Source of the DNA: an uncultured delta proteobacterium
GTDB taxonomy: Bacteria > Myxococcota_A > Polyangia > Polyangiales > JAFGIB01
Assembly (NCBI GenBank): GCA_963778655.1
Contig: CAVZVA010000009.1
Span: forward strand, 1,376,001 to 1,440,000
Length of the DNA: 64,000 bases
Direction: 5' to 3'
Shown: one piece after another, positions 40,963 to 51,190 of the stretch
How the letters are laid out: each line of letters starts with the position of its first letter
How positions within the stretch are numbered: the stretch's first letter is position 1
Notes under the pieces: model-generated
Databases searched by the model: none
What the model saw: the letters and a program-made list of their open reading frames with translations, nothing else
What the model was told of the DNA's origin: nothing
Program-made: the position numbers and the translations under genes

Positions 40963-42282
40963 CTGCTCGCGCTCCTAGCAGCCCTGCTGTGCGTGCTCGC
41001 GAATGCCTTCTTTGTCGCGGCCGAGTTCGCGTTCGCGCGTGTGCGGCCCAGCGCGCTCGAGGCCAGCATACGCGCCGGCGACGCGCGCGCCGCACGCGCG
41101 CTGGCGGTGACCCAGCGCCTGAGCGCCTACTTGCCTGCCACGCAGCTCGGCGTGACCGTGGCCTCGCTCGCGCTCGGTTGGCTCGGCGAGCCTGCGCTGG
41201 CCGCGCTGATCCACGCGCCGCTGGCCGGGCTCGGCCTGAGCGAGGGGGCGGTCCACGGCATCGCGGCCGCGGTCGGCTTCTCGGGCATCACCATGGTGCA
41301 CATCGTGGTGGGCGAGCTGGTTCCCAAATCGCTGGCCATCTTTCGACCCGAGCAGGTCTCGCGGCTGACCGCGGGCCCGATGACGGTCTTCCTGTACGCG
41401 ATGTATCCGGTGCTGTTCGTGCTCGCCCGGCTGTCGGCGTACCTGCTGCGCGGCGCCGGCCTCGAGGGCAACGGCGAGGCGGCGGGCAAGCTCACGGTCG
41501 ACGAGATCGGAATCATCGTCGAGGCATCCCTGGGCGACACCGACAAGGAACGCCTCAAACGCGATTTGCTCGAGCGGGTGTTGCGGGCTACCGATCGGCC
41601 GGTGCGCGCGTTGATGGTGCCGCGCGTTGACATGTACACGCTGCCGCTGACCGAGGGGCTCGAGCAGTGGAGCGACAAGGTGCGCAAGAGCGGCTTCAGC
41701 CGCTACCCCGTGACCGAGGACGGCAACCCCGACCACGTGGTCGGCTACATCTACGTCAAGGACCTGCTGCTGGCGCAGAAGCCAGCCAAGGGCGGGCCGC
41801 GCGCGCTCACGCGTGACATCCTGTTCCTGCCGGAGTCGCTCTCGGTGGGCGCGGCGTTGACCCGCTTCCAGCGTACCAACATCCCGATCGCGATCGTGGT
41901 CGACGAGTACGGCGGCACCAGTGGGCTGGTGACGATCGAGGACGTGGTCGAGGAGCTGGTCGGCGACATCCAGGACGAGCTCGACGTATCCATGCCCGCG
42001 ATCGAGCAGCGCGACGACGGCACGTTGATCGTGACCGGCGACCTGCCGGTGGGCGACCTGCCAATCGAGGCGTTCGAGCTCGACAGCCGCGCCCAGGGCG
42101 AGACTGTGGGCGGATTCATCATCGAGCAGCTCGGCCGCCTGGCCCACCCGGGCGACCGCGTTCAGATCGGCAAGTACGAGGCCACGGTCGAGGACGTGCG
42201 GCGGCGGCGAATCTGGCGCGTGGCGCTCAGACCGCACGAGCCGACGGTGCGCCCGCCGGCGACCAAGCCCGACCTCGCTTGA
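40963..42282 (+). CDS. Hemolysin-family CNNM/CBS/CorC transporter (TlyC/CorB-like)
   Basis: NAFFVAAEFA, QLGVT.ASLALGW.GEP, GELVPK, SRYPV, VDEYGG...T.ED. CTG start at 40963 inferred; the ORF track starts at 40993. Confidence 0.9.
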   Translation: MLALLAALLCVLANAFFVAAEFAFARVRPSALEASIRAGDARAARALAVTQRLSAYLPATQLGVTVASLALGWLGEPALAALIHAPLAGLGLSEGAVHGIAAAVGFSGITMVHIVVGELVPKSLAIFRPEQVSRLTAGPMTVFLYAMYPVLFVLARLSAYLLRGAGLEGNGEAAGKLTVDEIGIIVEASLGDTDKERLKRDLLERVLRATDRPVRALMVPRVDMYTLPLTEGLEQWSDKVRKSGFSRYPVTEDGNPDHVVGYIYVKDLLLAQKPAKGGPRALTRDILFLPESLSVGAALTRFQRTNIPIAIVVDEYGGTSGLVTIEDVVEELVGDIQDELDVSMPAIEQRDDGTLIVTGDLPVGDLPIEAFELDSRAQGETVGGFIIEQLGRLAHPGDRVQIGKYEATVEDVRRRRIWRVALRPHEPTVRPPATKPDLA

Positions 42283-42297
42283 ACCGCTTGCGGTGCG

Positions 42298-42957
42298 CTA
42301 TTCGGGCTCGCTGCGCGAGGTGGCGGGCTCGAACAGGTCCGCGAAGCGGCCCGCGAGCTGCGGCAGCTCGCCATGCAGGCGCCGGTGCTGCCATAGCGCC
42401 GAGGCGATCACGTCCATCGCGAACGCCACCGGGATCTCCTCGAGCTCGGCGCTCCAGGGCAGGTTGTTGGCCTGGCGCTTGACGTCGTTGACGGTGGCCA
42501 GCGGTACGAACAGCGTGTGCACCACGCCCTCGTTGCGCGTCCAGCCCAGGCCGAGCAGCTCGACGAAGTGGCCATAGAGCGGGCGCGCCAGCAGCGCCGC
42601 GCCCTCCGCGGCGTCCCCGGCCAGCAGCGCGCGGCAGGTCGCGTCGCAGCGCAGGCCTTCGCCGCCGCTGGCGGAGATGGCCGAGGCGATGTCGCGCGCG
42701 AGCTCGACGTCTTCCTCCACCGCGAGCAAGGGCGCCAGCACCGTGGCCGGACACATGTCTGCGGCGCGCGTATCGACGAGCACGGCCTCGATCAGCAGCT
42801 GGCGCTGCGCGCGCTCGAGCGCCGCGTATGCCAGCGCCAGTCCCTGCGCGGCGGATGCATTCTCGGCCGCGGCGACGAGCAGCGCGCTGAAGCGCTCGGT
42901 CGTCTCGGCCTTGGCCTTTGCGAGTGGAGGACGTCCCGTACGTCCCGAGCCGGACAT
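42298..42957 (-). CDS. Hypothetical protein
   Basis: Coherent ORF fills the gap; no family recognised. Confidence 0.6.
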   Translation of the reverse strand: MSGSGRTGRPPLAKAKAETTERFSALLVAAAENASAAQGLALAYAALERAQRQLLIEAVLVDTRAADMCPATVLAPLLAVEEDVELARDIASAISASGGEGLRCDATCRALLAGDAAEGAALLARPLYGHFVELLGLGWTRNEGVVHTLFVPLATVNDVKRQANNLPWSAELEEIPVAFAMDVIASALWQHRRLHGELPQLAGRFADLFEPATSRSEPE

Positions 42958-43088
42958 CGCCCGCGTATACACTCCGGGGGCCGCGAAGCAAACCAAAATC
43001 AGACGGCGATCGCAAACTTCGAGTTCTCGAATATCATACCGGTGACACAGGCGCGTGTCGCGCCCCGTGGATAACACGCTGATCGATC

Positions 43089-43874
43089 GTGGATAACACT
43101 TCGCACGACAGCGAATTCATTCGACAGTACGACGCGTTCGTGCGCGGCATCGTGAAGCACACGCGCGCACAGCTCGGCATCGAGGGGGACGCGGAGGATC
43201 TGTTGGCGTTCGCATACCAGGGCCTGCTCGAAGCGCGGCAGCGCTTCGACCCCGCGCGCGGCGTGCAGTTCAAGTCGTTCGCCTATTACCGCGTTCGCGG
43301 AGCGGTGATGGACGGCGTCAGACGCATGGCCTACTTGCCGCGGCGCGCGTATGCGCGGTTGCGTGCTTCGGAGGCGGTCGACCTCGAGGCCGAAGCATGC
43401 ATGGACGCACGCGCGGGCTCGCCGGGCGCGCGGCACGACGTAGAGGGCGGCCTGCGCGCAATCGATGGCGTGTTGGGGCGCGTGGCAGCGGCCTACTGCA
43501 CGGCTGCGGCAGCCGCCGAAGGCGAACCGGTCGAGGGCGACCCGGAGCACGCGCTGTTCGCGCGCGAGCGCAGCGCGCTGCTGATGGACGCGCTGCAGAG
43601 CTTGTCCGAGCAAGAGCGAGCGCTGGTGCGCGGCCACTACCTCGAGGGTCGCGATTTCGACGACATCGCGAAGGAGCTCGGCCTGAGCAAGTCGTGGGCC
43701 AGCCGCCTGCACGGCCGCGCGCTCGAGCGGCTGAGAAAGCTGCTGGTTTCCTCGAGCCTGGATCGATCCGCAACCATGAGCCGGGCACGGCCGAGCGCGG
43801 CGAGACGATGTGCGGCGGAGCGCCGGCGGCTTCCGGCCTGGGCTCGAGGCGCAGCCAGCGCGTTGCTCGAGTAG
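43089..43874 (+). CDS. RNA polymerase sigma factor, FliA/WhiG (sigma28-like) family
   Basis: EDL....GLLEA..RFDP.RGV.FKSFAYYRVRGA..D..R (region 2); LSEQER...HY....FDDIAKELGLS.S..SRLH..AL (region 4). Confidence 0.85.
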   Translation: MDNTSHDSEFIRQYDAFVRGIVKHTRAQLGIEGDAEDLLAFAYQGLLEARQRFDPARGVQFKSFAYYRVRGAVMDGVRRMAYLPRRAYARLRASEAVDLEAEACMDARAGSPGARHDVEGGLRAIDGVLGRVAAAYCTAAAAAEGEPVEGDPEHALFARERSALLMDALQSLSEQERALVRGHYLEGRDFDDIAKELGLSKSWASRLHGRALERLRKLLVSSSLDRSATMSRARPSAARRCAAERRRLPAWARGAASALLE

Positions 43875-43880
43875 CGCGCG

Positions 43881-46800
43881 GTGCGTCTAGCGCCCTTCAT
43901 TGCGTTCTTCTTCTCCGGGGCCTCCAGCCTGATCTTCCAGATGATCTGGAGTCGGCTGCTGCACCACGTGTTCGGCTCGTCCAGCGTGGCCATCTCGTCG
44001 GTGGTGAGCGTGTTCATGGGCGGCCTCGGTCTGGGCGCTTTTCTGTTCGGGCGTTACGCCGACCGCATCCGCCGGCCGCTGCTGCTCTACGCGTGGGCCG
44101 AGCTCGGGGTTGGCGCGTTTGCGCTCGCCGTGCCGCGGCTGGTGACGCAGGACGGCTGGCTCGCCGACGTCAACGCTATGCTGCGCACGCATCTCGATGC
44201 GCAGTCGCTCACCTTTGCGGTGGCGCGCTTCGTCTGCATCGTGCCGGTGCTGATCGTGCCCACCACGCTGATGGGCTCGACGTTGCCGCTGCTCTCGCGG
44301 CACTTCGTCGGCGCACGCGAGCACGCCGCCGAGGTCGGGCCGCGCGTGGGGGCGCTCTATGCGGTCAACACCGTGGGCGCCGTGCTCGGGGTGTTCCTGG
44401 CCGGCTTCGTGCTCATGCCTCGGATCGGCGTCGCTGCCACCAACTCGGTCGGCGTGAGCATGAACGTCGCGCTTTCGCTGGCCATCTTTGCGCTGCGCCG
44501 GCAGCTGGGCGAAGGCCGCGCGCCGCGCCCCGCCGCCGGCGAGGTCGCGCCGGCGGCGGCGGGCGAGTCCTCGGCCCCGGCCTTTCCGCCGCGCGTGCGG
44601 CAGGTCGCGGCGCTCGCGTTCGGGCTGTCGGGCTTCTGCTCCCTGCTCTACGAGGTGGTGTGGTCGCGCGCGCTGGTCAATACCATCGGGGGCTCGGTCT
44701 ACGCGTTCGCGCTGATCCTGATGACCTTTCTGATCGGCATCGCCGGCGGCAGCGGGGTCGCCGCCGCGGTCGTGCGCGAGTCGCGCCGCCCGCTGCGCGC
44801 GCCGTTCGCGATCGCCGCCGGGCTGTGCCTGGTCGCGCCGCTGCCTGCGGGCATGCGGCTCGGGCTCGGTAGCTGGGCGCTGGAGAGCGCGGGCTGCCTG
44901 GCGCTGCTGCTGCTGGGGGCGCTCGGCGCCAGCCGCGCGCTACGCGAGCGCGCGTTGCTGGAACAACCCGCGGGCGGCCGCGGACTGTTGCTGCGCGCCG
45001 AGCACGCGTTGCTGCTGCCGGCGCTGGCGGCGGCGGCAGGCAACGCGCTGTGGTTTCACGGGCGTCTGGAGTGGATGGTGCTCTCGGCCTTGCTCGCGAT
45101 CTCGGCGCTGCTTTCGTTGCTGCTGCTGCTCGAGCGCCGGCTGCTGTTGCTGCTGGCGATGGTGCAGATCTTCATCGCGGCCGCCACCTTCGTCAGCGAC
45201 CTGTGGGCCGACCAGATCTCGCTGACCTTCGCGGCGATGGTGGCGCCGTTTTATCACACGCTGGGCGAGCACGTGGACCGCGTGATGGCGATGATGCTGA
45301 CCACGGCGGCGCTGTGCGTGCTCCCGTCTGCTCTCGGCATGGGCGCCATGTTTCCGCTGACCATGCGCGTGTTCAGCGCGGGCGGCGCGCGCGTCGGGCG
45401 CGAGGTCTCGCTGGTCTACACGGCCAACACGCTCGGCTCGATCGTCGGCGCGTGGCTGCCCGGGTTCGTGCTGATGCCGAGCTTCGGGATGCAAGCGGCG
45501 CTGCACGTGGGCATCTCGATCAACCTGCTGCTCGGGGTGCTGGTGCTGCTGTTCGTGCGCGGCGCCGGCGAGCGCGGGCGCGGCGCCGCCTTCGCGGCCC
45601 TGCCGGTGGCGCTGGGGTTGATCGTTCTGCTGCGCTTCGCCGCCGAGCCGACCTCGCCGCTGGCCTGGAACCTGAGCAAGATGACGCTCGGGGTGTTCCG
45701 CATCTCGCTGGCCAAGGACGTGCTCGACCAGGAGACCTGGGGCGAGCCGGACCTGGTGTTCTACAAGGACGGGCTTTCCACCACCGTCTCGGTCGAGCGC
45801 TGGGGCCGCCACTACTCGCTCAAGAACAACGGCAAGGTCGAGGCCAGCAATGGCAACGACATGCCGACGCAGATCATGGTCGCGGCGCTGCCGCTGCTGC
45901 TGCACCCCAAGGGCGCGCGCGGGCTCGACGTCGCCATCATCGGGTTGGGCTCGGGCGTGACCGTGGGCGCGGCGCTGCAGTTTCCGGTGCGCGAGATCGA
46001 CGACATCGAGCTGGAGCGCGCAGTGGTGCAGGCGTCGCGCTACTTCGCCGACGTCAACCACCTGCGCTACGGGCGCCCCGCTTTTCCCTATCTGGACACG
46101 CCGCGGTTGCGGCTGATCAACGACGATGGCCGGAATTACCTGGCGAGCACTCCGCGGCGCTACGACTTGATCGTGGGCGAGCCCAGCAACCCCTGGCTGA
46201 CCGGCGTGGCCGATCTGTTCACCGCCGACCACTTCCGGCTGGCCAAGCGCAAGCTGCGCCCAGGCGGTCTGTATTGCGAATGGGTGCAGCTCTACGAGAT
46301 GAGCCCGCAGAACGTGAAGACCCTGTACCGCACCTTCGCCTCGCAGTTCCGCTACGTGCTGGTGTTCTCGTCGGAGGACCTGTCGAGCGACACCATCCTG
46401 ATCGGCTCCGATTCCCCGCTGCCGCTCGATCTCGGGCGCCTGCGCCGCGGCTTCGCCGACCCGGGCGTGGCCGCGGAGCTGGAGCGTGCGTACGTGCACT
46501 CGCCGTTCGACGTGCTGGCTCGGGTGCTGTTGTCGAGCCGACAGGAGGTGCTGCGCTACGCACAGATCGAGGAACGGCGCTACCACGGGCGCTTTCACCC
46601 GGTGGAGGCGTCGACCAACGTGGGGCGCTGCGCGCCGCCCGCCTGCCGGCGCCGGCCGGCGCCGATCAACACCGACGACAATGCGCGCATCGAGCTGGCC
46701 GCGCCGCGCGACCTGATCGGGTTCGAGCGCTACAAGGGCTATCTGCAGACCATCTACGCGGAGAGCTGGCCCTACGGCAGGCTGCGCGACCAGGTGCTCG

Positions 46801-47465
46801 GCATCGGTCGCGGCGTGGAAGCCTCGCGCAATCGGGCCGAGCTGGCGATGGCCCTGCTCGCGCACGGCCGCAAGCGGGAGGCCGGCGCGCTGCTTGCGCG
46901 CGCCGAGCGTGACGGTCCGAGCGACGCGCTGCGCCTGGCCAGCGCCATGCTGAACGCGCTCGGGCCTCGGCCGCACGAGCCGCCGCTGGGGCTGCTGCCG
47001 CCGCCGCTGGACTCCGCGATCGGCGCGCGTGCGAATCAGCGAATTCAACGCGGTTTCGCCGAGGTTTCGGATTGGCTCGCGCGCGGCGACGTCGCGCGCG
47101 CCAAGGCCACCATGCAGGCGATTCCCTCGTCGCTGGTGCGCTACGCTGGGGCGGGCATGCGCATGCTGCGCGCCTACACCCTGTACCGCACCGGGGACTT
47201 CGACATGGCCGTGGGCGAGCTCGAAGGCATTGCGCGCTCAGAGCCGGGTTTCACGCTCGATCATCCGCAGCTGTACTTTTTCTTGGGCCGTTCGCACGAC
47301 GCGTTGTTGCACTTCGACAAAGCGGTGCGCAGCATTCGTGTGTATGTCGAAGCCATGGCTCCTAAGCCGCAGCCGTCCGCGCCCCCATCCGGGCCGGGCG
47401 CGATCACGGACGCCGCTGGCGAGCCCGACGCGCGCCGGCAGGCCGCGCGCGCGCCCTCGCCGTGA
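43881..47465 (+). CDS. Fused MFS / spermidine-synthase-like protein with TPR tail
   Basis: SG..SL..Q..W.R, LYAVNT.G repeats; SAM motif IIGLGSGVT, DDGRNYL, EPSNPW. Confidence 0.88.
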   Translation: MRLAPFIAFFFSGASSLIFQMIWSRLLHHVFGSSSVAISSVVSVFMGGLGLGAFLFGRYADRIRRPLLLYAWAELGVGAFALAVPRLVTQDGWLADVNAMLRTHLDAQSLTFAVARFVCIVPVLIVPTTLMGSTLPLLSRHFVGAREHAAEVGPRVGALYAVNTVGAVLGVFLAGFVLMPRIGVAATNSVGVSMNVALSLAIFALRRQLGEGRAPRPAAGEVAPAAAGESSAPAFPPRVRQVAALAFGLSGFCSLLYEVVWSRALVNTIGGSVYAFALILMTFLIGIAGGSGVAAAVVRESRRPLRAPFAIAAGLCLVAPLPAGMRLGLGSWALESAGCLALLLLGALGASRALRERALLEQPAGGRGLLLRAEHALLLPALAAAAGNALWFHGRLEWMVLSALLAISALLSLLLLLERRLLLLLAMVQIFIAAATFVSDLWADQISLTFAAMVAPFYHTLGEHVDRVMAMMLTTAALCVLPSALGMGAMFPLTMRVFSAGGARVGREVSLVYTANTLGSIVGAWLPGFVLMPSFGMQAALHVGISINLLLGVLVLLFVRGAGERGRGAAFAALPVALGLIVLLRFAAEPTSPLAWNLSKMTLGVFRISLAKDVLDQETWGEPDLVFYKDGLSTTVSVERWGRHYSLKNNGKVEASNGNDMPTQIMVAALPLLLHPKGARGLDVAIIGLGSGVTVGAALQFPVREIDDIELERAVVQASRYFADVNHLRYGRPAFPYLDTPRLRLINDDGRNYLASTPRRYDLIVGEPSNPWLTGVADLFTADHFRLAKRKLRPGGLYCEWVQLYEMSPQNVKTLYRTFASQFRYVLVFSSEDLSSDTILIGSDSPLPLDLGRLRRGFADPGVAAELERAYVHSPFDVLARVLLSSRQEVLRYAQIEERRYHGRFHPVEASTNVGRCAPPACRRRPAPINTDDNARIELAAPRDLIGFERYKGYLQTIYAESWPYGRLRDQVLGIGRGVEASRNRAELAMALLAHGRKREAGALLARAERDGPSDALRLASAMLNALGPRPHEPPLGLLPPPLDSAIGARANQRIQRGFAEVSDWLARGDVARAKATMQAIPSSLVRYAGAGMRMLRAYTLYRTGDFDMAVGELEGIARSEPGFTLDHPQLYFFLGRSHDALLHFDKAVRSIRVYVEAMAPKPQPSAPPSGPGAITDAAGEPDARRQAARAPSP

Positions 47466-47564
47466 GCCCGCGCACAGTGCCGGGGCAGCCCGCGCTCAGC
47501 TTGCAAATAGGCCCTGAATCGCTACAGTTCGCAGCCCGCAAAACCACAGCATGCAGGAGCCCCG

Positions 47565-48578
47565 ATGGGCACGAAAATCGCAATCAATGGCTTTGGACGC
47601 ATCGGTCGCTGTGTCGCGCGGATCATGATCGAGCGAGGCGCAGGCGAGCTCGAGCTGGTCGGCATCAACGACCTCACCAACGCGGCCACCCTCGCCCACC
47701 TGTTGCAGTTCGACTCGGTGCACGGCGCGCTCGCGACCGAGGTCAGCGCGGTCGAAGGCGCGCTGATGATGGGCGGCCGCAAGGTGCCGATCACGGCGGA
47801 GCGGGATCCAGCCAAGCTGCCGTGGAAGAGTCTTGGCGCGGAGCTGGTGCTGGAGTGCACGGGGCTCTTCACCTCCAAGGAGAAGGCTTCGGCGCACCTG
47901 ACGGCCGGCGCCAAGCGCGTGATCATCAGCGCCCCGGGTGGCGCCGACGTCGACGCCACGCTGTGTGTCGGAATCAATCTCGAGTCCTACGCTCCGGCCA
48001 AGCACCATGTGGTGTCGAACGCGTCCTGCACCACCAACTGCCTCGCGCCGGTCGCGAAGGTGCTGCACGAGCGCTTCGGCATCCTCAAGGGTCATATGGT
48101 GACCGTGCACTCGTATACCAACGACCAGAACATCCTCGACCTGCCGCACAAGGACATGCGTCGCGCGCGCGCCGCGGCGATGTCGATGATCCCGACCAGC
48201 ACAGGCGCCGCCAAGGCGATCGGCCTGGTGCTGCCCGCGCTCAAGGGCAAGCTCGACGGCACCGCGATCCGCGTGCCCACGCCCGACGTGTCGATGGTCT
48301 GCCTCAGCGCGCACGTCGCCAAGAAGACCACGCGCGACGAGGTCAACCGAGCCTTCGAGGAAGCCGCGACTGGCGCGCTCAAGGGCGTGCTCGGCTACGA
48401 GACGCGGCCGCTGGTTTCGGTCGATTTCATCGGCAACCCACTCTCGTCGATCGTGGACGCGCCCCAAACCCAGGTGGTCGGCGAGGACCTGGTCGAGGTG
48501 CAGGCCTGGTACGACAACGAGTGGGGCTTCTCCAACCGTATGCTGGACCTCGCGCGCCACATGGCCGCCAAGGGATGA
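47565..48578 (+). CDS. gap: Glyceraldehyde-3-phosphate dehydrogenase type I
   Basis: INGFGRIGR, SNASCTTNCL, WYDNEWG. Confidence 0.97.
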   Translation: MGTKIAINGFGRIGRCVARIMIERGAGELELVGINDLTNAATLAHLLQFDSVHGALATEVSAVEGALMMGGRKVPITAERDPAKLPWKSLGAELVLECTGLFTSKEKASAHLTAGAKRVIISAPGGADVDATLCVGINLESYAPAKHHVVSNASCTTNCLAPVAKVLHERFGILKGHMVTVHSYTNDQNILDLPHKDMRRARAAAMSMIPTSTGAAKAIGLVLPALKGKLDGTAIRVPTPDVSMVCLSAHVAKKTTRDEVNRAFEEAATGALKGVLGYETRPLVSVDFIGNPLSSIVDAPQTQVVGEDLVEVQAWYDNEWGFSNRMLDLARHMAAKG

Positions 48579-48620
48579 CGCGCGACTGAGGGCTTCTGCG
48601 AGCAGCAGGACTCGACGGCC

Positions 48621-49808
<1,188 letters not shown>

Positions 49809-49857
49809 GACCAGCCGTGTCACGCATGGTCCTACAACGCTGCGGCGAGGCGCAGTC

Positions 49858-50646
49858 GTGAGCGCGGACGTACGCCGGCCCCTGGTGGTGGGCAACTGGA
49901 AGTTGCACAACACGGTAGCGGCGTCGCGCGCGCTGGTTGGAGCGCTGCAGGCACGACTCGGGCGCGGCGCGGGGGCGCCTCCGCGCGCGCAGGTCGCGGT
50001 GGCGCCCGTATTCACGGCGCTCGCGGCCGTCGGCGAGGCGCTCGCGGGCAGCGCGATCGGCCTGTGTGCGCAGGACGCGTACTGGGAGGCGCAGGGCGCG
50101 TTTACCGGGGAGGTCAGCGCGGCGCTGCTGCAGGACGCGGGCTGCAGCCACGTTATCGTCGGACATTCCGAGCGCAGGGCGCTGTTCGGCGAGCAAGACG
50201 GCGATGTCCGGCGCAAGGCAGCGGCCGTGCTGGCGGCCGGTATGGTGCCGATCGTGTGCGTGGGCGAGACGCTCGCGCAGCGCGAGGCCGGGCAGTCCGA
50301 GGCCCACGTGCTGCGCCAGGTCGCGGCCGCCCTCGATGGCCTGGATGCCGAGCAGGCCGCCCGCCTGGTCATCGCCTACGAGCCGATCTGGGCCATCGGC
50401 ACGGGCCGGACCGCGAAGCCGTCCGACGCGCAGCGCGTGCACGCGCAGGTCCGGGCCGAGGTCGGCCGCCGCTTCGGGTCGGCCCTGGCCGCAGGGGTGC
50501 GGATCCTGTACGGTGGCAGCGTCAAGCCCGACAACGTGCGGGCACTGATGGCCGAGCCGGACATCGACGGCTCCCTCGTCGGCGGAGCGTCGCTGGACGC
50601 GGACTCATTCGCGGCCATCGTGGCCGCAGCCGAACCTGTGCAGTAG
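49858..50646 (+). CDS. tpiA: Triosephosphate isomerase
   Basis: GNWK, GHSERR, AYEPIWAIGTG, YGGSV. Confidence 0.97.
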   Translation: MSADVRRPLVVGNWKLHNTVAASRALVGALQARLGRGAGAPPRAQVAVAPVFTALAAVGEALAGSAIGLCAQDAYWEAQGAFTGEVSAALLQDAGCSHVIVGHSERRALFGEQDGDVRRKAAAVLAAGMVPIVCVGETLAQREAGQSEAHVLRQVAAALDGLDAEQAARLVIAYEPIWAIGTGRTAKPSDAQRVHAQVRAEVGRRFGSALAAGVRILYGGSVKPDNVRALMAEPDIDGSLVGGASLDADSFAAIVAAAEPVQ

Positions 50647-50648
50647 CC

Positions 50649-51170
50649 ATGGTCACCTTTCTCACCATCCTGTACGTGCTCGTCTGTGTGTTCTTGATCC
50701 TGGTCGTGCTGCTGCAGGCCGGCCGCGGGGGGGGCATGGGCGCGGCCTTCGGCGGCACCAGCCAGAGCGTGTTCGGCGGGGCCGGAGCCGGGAACTTCCT
50801 GACGCGCCTGACCGTGATCATGGCCGCGCTGTTCATGCTGCTCTCCGCCACGCTGGCGTTCATCTCCTCGAGCAGCGACAAGGCGCTCGAGAACGCCTCG
50901 CGGGCAATCAAGGCGCGGGAGGAAGCGCGCAAGCTCGGACCCAAGGAGAAGGCAGCCTCTTCGCAGAAGGGCGCGCAGAGCTCCTCGAGCGCTCCCGAAG
51001 AGGCTGCGCCCACGACCACGGCGCCCGCGACGCCCGCAACCACGGCGCCTGCGCCGGACACCGGGGAGCCCGCGGCCGGTGGCAACACGCCTGCAGGCGA
51101 GCCATCCCACGGCGAGCAGCCGGCCGAGGACCAGCCGGTGCCGCACGAGGCCAATCCCCCCAAGCCGTGA
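50649..51170 (+). CDS. secG: Preprotein translocase subunit SecG
   Basis: LILVVLLQ.GRGGGMG.AFGG...FG......FL.R.T; follows tpiA. Confidence 0.93.
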   Translation: MVTFLTILYVLVCVFLILVVLLQAGRGGGMGAAFGGTSQSVFGGAGAGNFLTRLTVIMAALFMLLSATLAFISSSSDKALENASRAIKAREEARKLGPKEKAASSQKGAQSSSSAPEEAAPTTTAPATPATTAPAPDTGEPAAGGNTPAGEPSHGEQPAEDQPVPHEANPPKP

Positions 51171-51190
51171 GGCCCTGAGGCACGGGCAGT

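Noticed and set aside
51171..51190. tRNA-Leu often found after secG
   Set aside because: Only 20 bp separate secG and kup; no tRNA present.
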